IMG/VR virus record: IMGVR_UViG_3300044608_002262
Location: 2,801-66,800 of that record
Origin: a virus
Direction: 5' to 3' (one strand)
Length of the DNA stretch: 64,000 nt
Notes under the pieces: generated by a model
What the model saw: the letters and a program-made list of their open reading frames with translations, nothing else
Told to the model about the DNA's origin: nothing
Databases searched by the model: none
Made by a program: the position numbers and the translations under genes
Shown here: positions 1-8,705 of the stretch, piece after piece
Position numbering within the stretch: the first letter of the stretch is position 1
Layout: every line of letters starts with the position of its first letter

Positions 1-156
1 TCGCGGGAGGGATGGGAATAAGCGGTTTCGTCGTTGATGATGACTTGCCAGCACTGCGCTTCGTGGGCGAATTCGATGGTGCTGGCGCGCTCGATGGAGA
101 GGCGACCGAGTTCGGCGAGCGGGATGTCCTCGTTCCAGAGGCAGCGCAGCGTGCCG

Positions 157-513
157 TCAGTTGCGACTGACAATGTGTGCTGGCGGGGCATCGGGCATTT
201 TGTTGTCATTGATCGGGTTGGTTTCATGGAGGGCACGGGCATAGAACACGGCGGCTTCTTCGGCGGTGAAGACTGTGCTGGAGAGGCTGGAGAGGATGTA
301 GCCATTGTCGTCGGGGTTGGTGTGGAAGTGCTCGCCAAGGAAACAGGCATACCGCTTGGGCGTGATGCCGTCGATGGCGGGCAGGACGAACAGCGCGACG
401 ACCCGGTTGCCTTTGGTTGGCGGGTCGAAAATGCTGTCAGGGAAGCCCATCCCTTTCATGATGGACCGGATGAAGTTCTCGTCGTCGGTAACGGCATAGG
501 GTGGATCTATCAT
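157..513 (-). CDS. Hypothetical early protein
   Basis: ATG at 513 overlaps the stop of the upstream gene; co-oriented operon. Confidence 0.55.
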   Translation of the reverse strand: MIDPPYAVTDDENFIRSIMKGMGFPDSIFDPPTKGNRVVALFVLPAIDGITPKRYACFLGEHFHTNPDDNGYILSSLSSTVFTAEEAAVFYARALHETNPINDNKMPDAPPAHIVSRN

Positions 514-893
514 AGTGGATTTGAGATTGGAGATTGGAGATTTGAGAAGGCTACAGCCGCGTTCCCCAGCCAAGACCAACGCTCCAAGGTGCGTTTGTAT
601 CCGGTGGGTTTTTCTTTCGTGCTGCTCAAGCTGGCGATGATGCTGTCGGCATACTCGCGCAGCGTGTCGGTGTCGGTGTCGATGGGTAGCCCTGTGCAGT
701 AGGAGGCATCGTCCAGCCCCTCCCAATCGCTCTCGGCGTTTCCACGCCAGTCGATTGAGAAGCGCAGGAGCGGCACGTCGTCGGGGTCCTCAGCGTTGTA
801 GTCGCCGCTCCATCCTTCGCCGATGTCCTCCCAAACGAAGCGGATGTTGTCTTTGATTACTTCGATGTCGGTGAATGGTGGGTAAGTTTTCAT
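510..893 (-). CDS. Acidic hypothetical early protein (127 aa)
   Basis: Protein-like composition, A/C-rich leader, operon context. Confidence 0.7.
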   Translation of the reverse strand: MKTYPPFTDIEVIKDNIRFVWEDIGEGWSGDYNAEDPDDVPLLRFSIDWRGNAESDWEGLDDASYCTGLPIDTDTDTLREYADSIIASLSSTKEKPTGYKRTLERWSWLGNAAVAFSNLQSPISNPL

Positions 894-1025
894 GGTTGGT
901 TGGAAATTTCAGACAGCGCGCTTTTTGCGGGCCATAATCAGAATCCCTGTTTGGGGTCTGTCCGCAGCCGATATACGCGCGACACGGTTTTGCCTCCGGC
1001 GATGGCCGGATGTCTGAAAAAGTGA

Positions 1026-1895
1026 TTAAGCGGCAAGTTTGCGGGCACCCATCGCACCGAAGCTGTCAGCTATGTTGCGGGCGGCGGCGGCGGTGGTTTG
1101 GCGGGTGAACTTGTTTTGGCGCAGGGTTTCGGCATCGCGCATCAGGTGGGTTTGGCAGTTGTGGATGAGTTCGGTGATGCGGGGGTTGTTGGCGATGTTG
1201 AGTTCGGGAGCGATGATGAGGATGTCGCGCAGGTTGCCGATGAGGGAGTCGCGGAAGATGGCATCGGGGTCGGAGAGCTTGGACGCGATGCGGTGGACGC
1301 AATCAAGCACGCGGGTCATCACCTGCTCGCTGGCTTGGGTGGCGGCGTGGTTCACGTTGCGCTCGATGTCGGCGCGGATCTGGGCGATGCGAACGTCATC
1401 GAGGTAGGACACGGCGAGGTCGGTGGTGCGGGGAACCGGCGCGGTGAACAGGGTGAAGGAGAACTTGCTGCGGATCTCGCTCGGCAGCGGGTAGTTTTCC
1501 GCGCGGAATTCGCCATTGTGGATGATGCGCGCTTTTTCGAGCACTTCGTCGTAACGCAGGGCGAAGTCGTCGGCCAGAGCGTTGAAGCGGGACTCGAAGC
1601 GGTCGAAGTAGGCGCGGTATTCCTCGAAGCGCGAGGTCGGCAGGAGGTAGCCGAACTGCGAGATGACAGTGTGGCGCTTGTGGAAGCTGTTCTCGGCATT
1701 GATCGCCTCGCTGCACAGCTTGGTGAAGGGGGTGATGAAGCTGGGAGGCCACAGCTTTGTGACCCACTGGCCTGCTTCTTTGCCCAGGTCGTGATTGTCT
1801 TTCACTTCCTCGGTCAGTTTCTTGTCGGTCTTCGACTTGCCCACCATCGAGACGGAGGGCTTGACGATGAGGACGCGGGATTGGATGTCGTTCAT
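1026..1895 (-). CDS. DUF3150-like phage protein
   Basis: Helical 289-aa ORF with ENYP..EIRSKFSF and FRDSLIGN segments typical of this phage family (recognised by eye). Confidence 0.6.
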   Translation of the reverse strand: MNDIQSRVLIVKPSVSMVGKSKTDKKLTEEVKDNHDLGKEAGQWVTKLWPPSFITPFTKLCSEAINAENSFHKRHTVISQFGYLLPTSRFEEYRAYFDRFESRFNALADDFALRYDEVLEKARIIHNGEFRAENYPLPSEIRSKFSFTLFTAPVPRTTDLAVSYLDDVRIAQIRADIERNVNHAATQASEQVMTRVLDCVHRIASKLSDPDAIFRDSLIGNLRDILIIAPELNIANNPRITELIHNCQTHLMRDAETLRQNKFTRQTTAAAARNIADSFGAMGARKLAA

Positions 1896-2140
1896 TTGGA
1901 GTTAGGAGTTGAGGGTTTGGAAATGGATAAAGGCCATGCTTTGCCAATGCGGTCGGTGATGCGCCAACCGGAAAACTGCGAGGTGGCGTCGATGATCGGG
2001 TGGTAGCGGTAGCGAATGCCGGAGTAGTAGCCTTGGATGTCCAAGGCGACTTGCAGGTGCTTGAGGGTGAGCGGCTTTGCCAGCGGCCCGTGATCGGCAA
2101 TGGCGACGAGGCTTTGGAGCATCGCGCGGGTGGCTTTCAT
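1892..2140 (-). CDS. Hypothetical protein (start MKATRAML)
   Basis: Overlapping stop/start with the next gene. Confidence 0.55.
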   Translation of the reverse strand: MKATRAMLQSLVAIADHGPLAKPLTLKHLQVALDIQGYYSGIRYRYHPIIDATSQFSGWRITDRIGKAWPLSISKPSTPNSK

Positions 2141-2199
2141 CAGCTTTTGCAAAAAAGTGTGCCGGTGGAGGGCGTTGTGTCCCCCCACCGGCAATCCGG

Positions 2200-2376
2200 T
2201 TAGGGCTTGATGTAGGCGTTGAGGCCGATGGTCACGGCCTTGCCGTTGACGAGGGCGTTGGTGACGACGTTGCCGCCACTGGTGGCGACGACGAGGGTTT
2301 TGCCGCTGGCCGAGGGGCGCGGCGTGCCTACGGGGATGGTGACGACGAGGTTGCCGTCTTTGATCATGGCGTGCAT
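2200..2376 (-). CDS. 58-aa beta-rich protein MHAMIKDGNLVVTIP...SASGKTLVVATSGGN...GLNAYIKP (below ORF-track cutoff)
   Basis: Translated manually; AGGAG SD upstream; SxSGKTxVVAxxxGN motif of a small phage protein family. Confidence 0.75.
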   Translation of the reverse strand: MHAMIKDGNLVVTIPVGTPRPSASGKTLVVATSGGNVVTNALVNGKAVTIGLNAYIKP

Positions 2377-2557
2377 AGCTGGTTTCTCCTGTGTTCGGTT
2401 GTCAGTTGAGGCCGCACGGCGAACACGATCCGTGCGGCGGAAAGAGGTGGGCTACCCCCCCCCACCGGAGGGTAGCCCTTGTGCAAACGCGCCTTCTGGT
2501 TGGTTGCCCTCCCAATCGGCGCGGCCCATGCACAAATTGCTTTTGCAAAAAAGTGGT

Positions 2558-3077
2558 TTAGTCGGAATCCCGGTGTGGGAAAAACCGCATGGCCGCGACA
2601 CGGCGGCGGCGCAAGAGTCGCCGCCACCACGAGAGTCGGCGCGGCGGCGCGGTGACGACGTGAAGGTAAAACAAGTGGGGAACGAGACGTTTCATGGAAG
2701 AAGCTGCCGGAGCATTTGCACGATTTGGCGGATGCTGGAGCGGGCGACAGTGCGGGTCGGATGGTCGGTGGCGTTGCGCATCGGCCAAAAGCGCGTGAGG
2801 CGGTCGGCCAAGGCTCCGCGCATGGTGAAGCGGGCATCGTGGGGAATTTGCAGGATCATACGACGAGGGCGGCGAAGGGTTGGAAGGTGAGTGACCCGCC
2901 GCGAACGCGCGGACGGCGCGGCGGCAGGGGATCGCGCTGCGCGGTCGGCAGGGGCAGACCGAGCGAGGCGTGGAGCATGGACACGAGGAAATCGTGGCGT
3001 TGCTGCTTGAGTCGGTCGCTGATCGGGGTCAGTTCGACGAGTCGGACGCGGGTGTTGCTGTGGTTGTAGCGTTTCAT
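2558..3077 (-). CDS. Three short overlapping early ORFs (2558-2695, 2692-2859, 2856-3077)
   Basis: Chain of 4-nt stop/start overlaps. Confidence 0.45.
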
Positions 3078-3192
3078 AGGAATTCGCGGATGATGCCGGA
3101 GAGTTGCCAGCGCCAAGTGGAGGGCTTGACGATGGCCACGGAGACATGGAGGAGGATGCGAGCAATCATAGGATAAAGTTTATGGTCGGTGA

Positions 3193-3241
3193 CTTTTGCA
3201 AAAAAGGGGATGGGTGAGGGTCGTTGTGACCCTCACCCATC
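3193..3241 (-). terminator. Intrinsic terminator
   Basis: 14-bp stem GATGGGTGAGGGTC/GACCCTCACCCATC followed by a T6 tract on the minus strand. Confidence 0.7.
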
Positions 3242-3247
3242 CATCGG

Positions 3248-4015
3248 TTAGGCCGCTTTGCGTTTGCGGGCCTTGGGAGCGGCAACGTGCGTCTCGACCA
3301 TCGCGGTGATGAGATCGAGGAGCGGCGTCTTGTCGGGAGCTTGGGAGAGGATGGAGTCCAGTTCGCCCAAGAGGACAAGCGCGCGGTCTTGCAGTGCGCT
3401 CTGAACCGAAGCCGGGTCGGCGTTGGTCGGCATAGCGACCACGTTTTCCGGCGTGGCCGGAGTCTCGGCGGGCGTGCTGGTCGGCGTCGCCGTGACTTCG
3501 GGTTCTGCCTCGGTTTCGGCAGGTGTTGGTGTCTCGGAAGGCGTCTCGGCAGAGGCAGACGACTCGGTAGCCTTGGATTGCTCCTTGGCAGCGATGTCGG
3601 CGGCGTGCTCGGCGAGCGTCATGCCGAACTTCTCCAGCGAAGCCAACTCCAACCGCCATTTTGTGCGGTTGGCGAAGGCAGCGGTGGCTTTCTCGGCCCC
3701 GATTTTGCTGATGGTCTGGCACTCGCGGAGTGTCAGGTCATCATAGCGGGACTCGGTGATGACACCATTGACGACAAGGGCGAAGGCGTTGCTCGCGTAT
3801 TGGCTGTTGGATATTGTGCCTTGCGAGATGCCCTTTTCCTTGAGGTAAGCCGTGATGGTCTGACCGCGCGGCACTTGCGGAATCATGGCGGTGAAGACTT
3901 TGCCAAGTTCCGAGAAGATCCGGCGGAGAGAGTTCTCGCGGTTGGTGAACTCGGCAGTGAGCTTGTCAATGCCGAGCTTGCTGAAGGTCGCAAATGCGAC
4001 GATTTGGTTTTTCAT
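3248..4015 (-). CDS. Hypothetical protein with Glu/Thr/Pro-rich linker (255 aa)
   Basis: Long ORF, phage-like codon use, A/C-rich leader. Confidence 0.75.
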   Translation of the reverse strand: MKNQIVAFATFSKLGIDKLTAEFTNRENSLRRIFSELGKVFTAMIPQVPRGQTITAYLKEKGISQGTISNSQYASNAFALVVNGVITESRYDDLTLRECQTISKIGAEKATAAFANRTKWRLELASLEKFGMTLAEHAADIAAKEQSKATESSASAETPSETPTPAETEAEPEVTATPTSTPAETPATPENVVAMPTNADPASVQSALQDRALVLLGELDSILSQAPDKTPLLDLITAMVETHVAAPKARKRKAA

Positions 4016-4442
4016 GGTTCTTTTGTGTTGGTTTCGGAAATGGCGGGAAGCCGCGCGCCGAAGGCACGCGTTCCGCCAAGAAACGGACGGAGAACCGAAC
4101 CGAAATGTAACCTATCCTGCCGGAGACGATCCGGCTGGCAGGCCAGCGGAGACAAGTCAGCAACTTGCCTCGGACGCTGGCTCGCGGCCCCCGAAGTGAA
4201 TCGGTCAGGTGGAGGGGGGGAGCCAGCGTCCGAAACAAGGTTCGGACGGCGCGCGGATCATCTCACCGCGCGATTCACTTTTGCAAAAAAGCGACCGCGC
4301 GAGAATCCGCGCGAAGATCAATCACGGGCGGGAAAATCAAATCCAGCGCGCGCGCGTTTGCGCGCGCTCGGATTTTCTTTCCTCGCTCATTAGGTAGGAA
4401 TTACGTCATCTGATAGCGTCATATCAAATCGGCCAGCAAGGC

Positions 4443-4480
4443 AAAAAAAGAGCGCGCGCGGAGTTTCCTCCGCGCGCGCT
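4443..4480 (-). terminator. Intrinsic terminator
   Basis: 13-bp stem AGCGCGCGCGGAG/CTCCGCGCGCGCT plus T7 on the minus strand. Confidence 0.7.
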
Positions 4481-4499
4481 GTGCTCGCGCCGCGCGCTG

Positions 4500-5303
4500 T
4501 CAATCGCGCGCCAAGCGGCGCGCCTCCGGCGTCAATGGCGCGAGGCCAAGGCGCGCGCGCGTTGCGTCATGCGCGCGCATCATGCGGAACCATGCGCTTT
4601 CCGTTTCCGGCGCGTGACCGCCTCGCCGTCCCTCGCGCGAGACTCCGCGCGCGATGGCAAAGGCGAATGGCTCGCCTTTCAATCGCGCGAGCGCGCAACG
4701 CGCGGCGCGCCGGATGATGCGCGCATCACGCGCGAATTCGCGGCGCGCCTTGTTCTCCGCGCGGGTTTTCTTTCCTACCATGCGCGCGATGGCCTCGCGG
4801 TCTTTGTCATAAGCGGCGCGCGCACGCTCGCGGAGTTCCAACGCGCGGAGGATGACCGCGCGGCGCGTTTCCGACAATAGGCGCGCGCTGTGCTCGAACT
4901 CCTCCGCATCCGGCGTGACTATCTCCGCCGGAAGCGAAAGAAGCGCGCTGTCATCTTGCTTGGCAGTGTCCATCTTGGAAAAGAGAACATTGCTTTCTGC
5001 ATAGCCAGCGCGAGTCATAGCGGCGCGCGGCGCGCCTTGCGACCATGCACCGAGCGCGCCACTGGTGAATTCCTCCGCGAATTCCGCGAGGAAAAGCGGC
5101 CCGAATTCGCGCGGCCCTCCCGATTGTTTTTCCTGCGCGGCGCGCGCGGCGCGCCATGCGTGACGGCGAAGCGCGCGGAGAACGCGCGCCATGCGCGCCG
5201 GATTGATACGCGCGCGGCGCGCCGCGCGGGTTGCGTTGCTCAATTCATCTTGAGCGGATCCGCCGATAGTGGCGGGTTGCGTTGTGCTGGTGCTGTCTTG
5301 CAT
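4500..5303 (-). CDS. Ala/Arg-rich hypothetical protein in a CGCG-rich segment
   Basis: ORF ends just before a terminator; probable start MQDST at 5303. Confidence 0.55.
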   Translation of the reverse strand: MQDSTSTTQPATIGGSAQDELSNATRAARRARINPARMARVLRALRRHAWRAARAAQEKQSGGPREFGPLFLAEFAEEFTSGALGAWSQGAPRAAMTRAGYAESNVLFSKMDTAKQDDSALLSLPAEIVTPDAEEFEHSARLLSETRRAVILRALELRERARAAYDKDREAIARMVGKKTRAENKARREFARDARIIRRAARCALARLKGEPFAFAIARGVSREGRRGGHAPETESAWFRMMRAHDATRARLGLAPLTPEARRLARD

Positions 5304-5516
5304 AGCGACTATGACAATACGCCAAAGCGTAGCCAAGCGCAACCGGAAACGCGCGAGCGGGATGGGCAAAAACCCTCCGCGCGCGCGGCGCGCGGAACAG
5401 GGATAAAACTACTTATTCATAAGTATTTTTGCGCGGAATTCACCGACCATGGAAAAAATTGTCCGACCATGAGGTGAATTGGAGAAGTTGGCGGGTTGAC
5501 ACCGACGAAGAATCGT

Positions 5517-6536
5517 ATGGCAGCCAAAGCCAAGGGCGGGACGAACGAGTGGGGGCAGATCGCACGCGCGGCGAGTGAACACGCGCACAAATCGGTCATT
5601 GCCGACTATAAAGCGCAGGTGGAGCGGTATCAAAAGACCGTGATCGAGTTGGAAGACCAGCTTGGCGTCACCAAGGCACTGAGATCCGCGCCGACCAACA
5701 AGGTGCTGGAGGCTCGCAAGACGGCCAAGAGCGAAGCGGTGGCCGTGGCGGTGGCCTCGGATTGGCACGTCGAGGAATCGGTGGAACCGGCCTCGGTCAA
5801 CGGGCTTAACGAATACAATCTTGCCGTGGCCGACCAACGCATCGCCAAGTTTTTCCATTCGGTCGTGCGGTTGACAGACATTCAGCGCAACGGCGCGGAG
5901 ATCGACACGTGTGTTCTCTTCCTCGGCGGTGATTTGATGAGCGGCTACATCCACGAAGAGTTGATGGAGACGAACGCGCTGAGTCCGACTGAGACAATTC
6001 TTTGGTTGCAGGAGCGGATCGTGGCCGGGATCGGGCTATTGCAGCGTCACTTCAAGCGCATCTTGGTTCCGTGCAGCTTCGGCAATCACGGACGGACGAC
6101 GAAAAAGCCGCGCCATGCCACGGGCTATCGCAATTCCTACGAGTGGTTACTTTATCGTGTGTTGTCGCAGCGGGATTTTGGCGGGGCGGTCGAGTTTCAA
6201 GTGGCCGACTCGTATTTCAATTTTGTGAAGCTCTATGACAAGGTGATCCGGTTTCACCACGGCGATAATATCCGCTATCAGGGCGGGGTGGGTGGCCTGA
6301 CCATTCCGGTCGAGAAGGCCATTGCCAACTGGAACCGTGCTACGCCTGCCGACCTTGATGTGTTTGGGCATTGGCATCAGCAGCAGCAGAACCCCAAGTG
6401 GTGCAGCAACGGGTCGTTGATCGGCTACAACGCCTATGCTTTGTCGATCAAGGCGCAGTTTGAGCCGCCGCAGCAGACCTATTTCCTGTTCGATCACAAG
6501 AGAGGCCGCACGATTACCGCCCCGATCATTCTATGA
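5517..6536 (+). CDS. Calcineurin-like metallophosphoesterase with N-terminal coiled coil
   Basis: Motifs SDWH, GGD, GNHGR, HHGD, GHWH. Confidence 0.85.
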   Translation: MAAKAKGGTNEWGQIARAASEHAHKSVIADYKAQVERYQKTVIELEDQLGVTKALRSAPTNKVLEARKTAKSEAVAVAVASDWHVEESVEPASVNGLNEYNLAVADQRIAKFFHSVVRLTDIQRNGAEIDTCVLFLGGDLMSGYIHEELMETNALSPTETILWLQERIVAGIGLLQRHFKRILVPCSFGNHGRTTKKPRHATGYRNSYEWLLYRVLSQRDFGGAVEFQVADSYFNFVKLYDKVIRFHHGDNIRYQGGVGGLTIPVEKAIANWNRATPADLDVFGHWHQQQQNPKWCSNGSLIGYNAYALSIKAQFEPPQQTYFLFDHKRGRTITAPIIL

Positions 6537-6811
6537 ACTGGAAAAACGAAGTGAACAGGATCAACAAGGCGGCATTTTCTTGGCCGAAAGGCTGGAGCAC
6601 ACGGGAAGAGATCGCGGAGCAACTGGAATGCTCGCCGGATCGGGTGCGTGAAGTGCTCGCGCCGGGGATCAAGACCGGCGACATCGAGGTGAAGGATTTT
6701 CAGGTGTGGGAAGACGGGCGGAAGATCCGCAAGACCGGCTACCGCAAGGTCATGGCCGAGGCGGACAAGCCGAGCAAGGCGGCGAAGCCGAAGCCGAAAC
6801 GCCGGAAATGA
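6533..6811 (+). CDS. Small basic HTH-like protein
   Basis: TREEIAEQLECSPDRVRE helix-turn-helix pattern. Confidence 0.6.
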   Translation: MNWKNEVNRINKAAFSWPKGWSTREEIAEQLECSPDRVREVLAPGIKTGDIEVKDFQVWEDGRKIRKTGYRKVMAEADKPSKAAKPKPKRRK

Positions 6812-7077
6812 GCGCGATCATCGGTTGCCTTTTGGTTTTGCTGGCCTTGCTGGGCCTGACGGCGCAGGTGGCCTATTGTTGCGGAGAGAAGCAAGGCACG
6901 AAAGACGAACGGGCGCGGGCTGACCATCGCGTGCGCGGCGTGCTCTCGCGCGATAAGAAGAAAAAGACACCCGCAGACACCCGCAACACCCGCAAAAAGA
7001 AGCCAAAATCGTCGAAAACGACGATCAAGGTGGGTGAGGTCGAGGTTCCGGCCTTGGTGGTGAAAGCCAAGGGCTAA
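6808..7077 (+). CDS. N-terminally membrane-anchored basic protein
   Basis: Hydrophobic N-terminus followed by a Lys-rich tail; ATGA overlap. Confidence 0.55.
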   Translation: MSAIIGCLLVLLALLGLTAQVAYCCGEKQGTKDERARADHRVRGVLSRDKKKKTPADTRNTRKKKPKSSKTTIKVGEVEVPALVVKAKG

Positions 7078-7298
7078 TCCCGCCCGTCGAGCCATTCCTG
7101 AATGGCGAGGGTGGTTTCGCCGTTGGGGTTTTTGCGGCGGTGGATCCATTCGGAGATGCGGATGATGCCCGTTTTGACATCGCGGGGGCAGACGATCCGA
7201 GCGAGGAGGGTTTGCCTGCCGCGCGCGGCGGCGAGGTAGCGGGCCAACCGGCGCATGAGCGCGTCGGTGCGCGGGGTTGGTTTGCTGCTTTTGCCCAT
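7074..7298 (-). CDS. Small XRE/HTH-like regulator
   Basis: RISEWIHRRKNPNGETTLAIQEWL resembles an HTH recognition helix region; TTGACA upstream. Confidence 0.55.
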   Translation of the reverse strand: MGKSSKPTPRTDALMRRLARYLAAARGRQTLLARIVCPRDVKTGIIRISEWIHRRKNPNGETTLAIQEWLDGRD

Positions 7299-7356
7299 AA
7301 AAAAGAAAGTCTTACTCAAAGGCGTAGCTGTCAAGTTGACACGGGCGGAGGATTTA

Positions 7357-7644
7357 ATGGGTCCGAAAAGATTTATGGGCAAGCCGAAGCGATTCGGTTG
7401 GCGTTCCCCACAGAAAGCAACAACGACGGCCCAGCCGAAGCCCCGGAGCTACGGGTGGAGAGCACCAGCCGCATCGCGGCAAAGGATGATCGAGGAGGAG
7501 TTGCCGCGCCAGAGCCGGGACGGGAAATACCTGTTGGCTCCTTGTCTGGTGCTGTGGGCGGCGGTGTGGGGAACGCGCGCGGCGTTTCACTCGGCGATGG
7601 AGCATTTGCCCTTTGCCCGCAGTCACGATTTTCAGGGGGTCTAA
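7357..7644 (+). CDS. Hypothetical protein
   Basis: TTGAC motif 21 nt upstream of the ATG. Confidence 0.5.
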   Translation: MGPKRFMGKPKRFGWRSPQKATTTAQPKPRSYGWRAPAASRQRMIEEELPRQSRDGKYLLAPCLVLWAAVWGTRAAFHSAMEHLPFARSHDFQGV

Positions 7645-7646
7645 CT

Positions 7647-8249
7647 ATGTTCAATCTCAAGTTTATCTACGACGAAATGTATGGGCTGAAGCCGCGTCGC
7701 GTGGCCGAGGTCGGGGTGAATGAGCCAGACAAGTGTTCGCTCTTGCCGTTTATTAACGCGGGCATTCCGGCCCTACTGGTCGAACCGCTGCCGTGGTGCT
7801 GTCAGAATTTGCGGGCGGCTTTCGAGGGCAAGCCGGTGGAAGTGATCGAAGGCGTGGCAGGCGACAAAGAGGGAAGCGTCTTATTGTATGATCGGGGCGA
7901 GGGAAGCTGGATCGACGATGTGCCGCAGGGGGCGGCCCCGGACGAGACGCATTCCGGGATGAATCGGCAAACGATGGACCCTCGCTTTATCCGCAAGGTG
8001 CAGAGCTACCGCTGGCGGATGATTGATCCCGGCGACATCGACGTGCTTTGTGTCGATACAGAGGGAGCGGAGTGGTTTGTCATTCGAGAAATGACCAGCC
8101 GCCCGTCTTTGGTGCGCTGTGAAATGCACTTCACGCACAGTGGGTGGATCAATCCGCATAACCCGGCGATCCGCCAAAAAATGAAAGATATGGGCTATGT
8201 GGTGATCGGGGAGGACGTGAGCGACATCCTTTGGGCCAAGGTAAATTGA
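7647..8249 (+). CDS. FkbM-family SAM-dependent methyltransferase
   Basis: EVGVN motif I, LVEP, DVLCVDTEGAE. Confidence 0.8.
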   Translation: MFNLKFIYDEMYGLKPRRVAEVGVNEPDKCSLLPFINAGIPALLVEPLPWCCQNLRAAFEGKPVEVIEGVAGDKEGSVLLYDRGEGSWIDDVPQGAAPDETHSGMNRQTMDPRFIRKVQSYRWRMIDPGDIDVLCVDTEGAEWFVIREMTSRPSLVRCEMHFTHSGWINPHNPAIRQKMKDMGYVVIGEDVSDILWAKVN

Positions 8250-8251
8250 AT

Positions 8252-8440
8252 ATGAAACCGTATGAAAAAGAGATTCAGGACATCATCGCCGCGTTCGACG
8301 ATTTACGCGCCATGGCTGATCAAGACCCCAAACTTGCCGTGGCCGTAAAAAAAGCGGAGGGCGCGCTTTCGATCATGCTCACTTTGGCTGCGACGGCTCT
8401 GGAGGCGATGGGGGAACGCGGCATTTCCCATCCTAATTGA
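8252..8440 (+). CDS. Hypothetical protein
   Basis: Fills the operon gap. Confidence 0.5.
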   Translation: MKPYEKEIQDIIAAFDDLRAMADQDPKLAVAVKKAEGALSIMLTLAATALEAMGERGISHPN

Positions 8441-8456
8441 CAGGTAGGAGCGAGTT

Positions 8457-8702
8457 ATGGCGACGACCGATTGGCAGGAGATTTACAGCACCTACTCCAC
8501 GGCGGAGTTGCAGGAGGAGATCGTGGGGCTGAAGAAGCTGGCGGTCCCGCTGATGTCGCAGCAGGTGGGATCGAAGTCCTACACCAAGGATCTGCGCGAG
8601 ATCCGCGACCGGCTTCAGGCGGCGACGAGGATGCTGTATCAGGCCAGCGGATCGTCCAACGACAACACGGCGGTTCCCGATTTTTCGGCGGTGAGGTTCT
8701 AA
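8457..8702 (+). CDS. gpW-like head completion protein
   Basis: 81 aa helix-hairpin-helix (VGSKSYT) immediately upstream of the portal. Confidence 0.7.
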   Translation: MATTDWQEIYSTYSTAELQEEIVGLKKLAVPLMSQQVGSKSYTKDLREIRDRLQAATRMLYQASGSSNDNTAVPDFSAVRF

Positions 8703-8705
8703 AGT

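Noticed and set aside
2144-2165. Sigma54 promoter (CGGCAC...TTGCA on the minus strand)
   Set aside because: GG-GC spacing is off by one and the other copies lack a comparable -24 box
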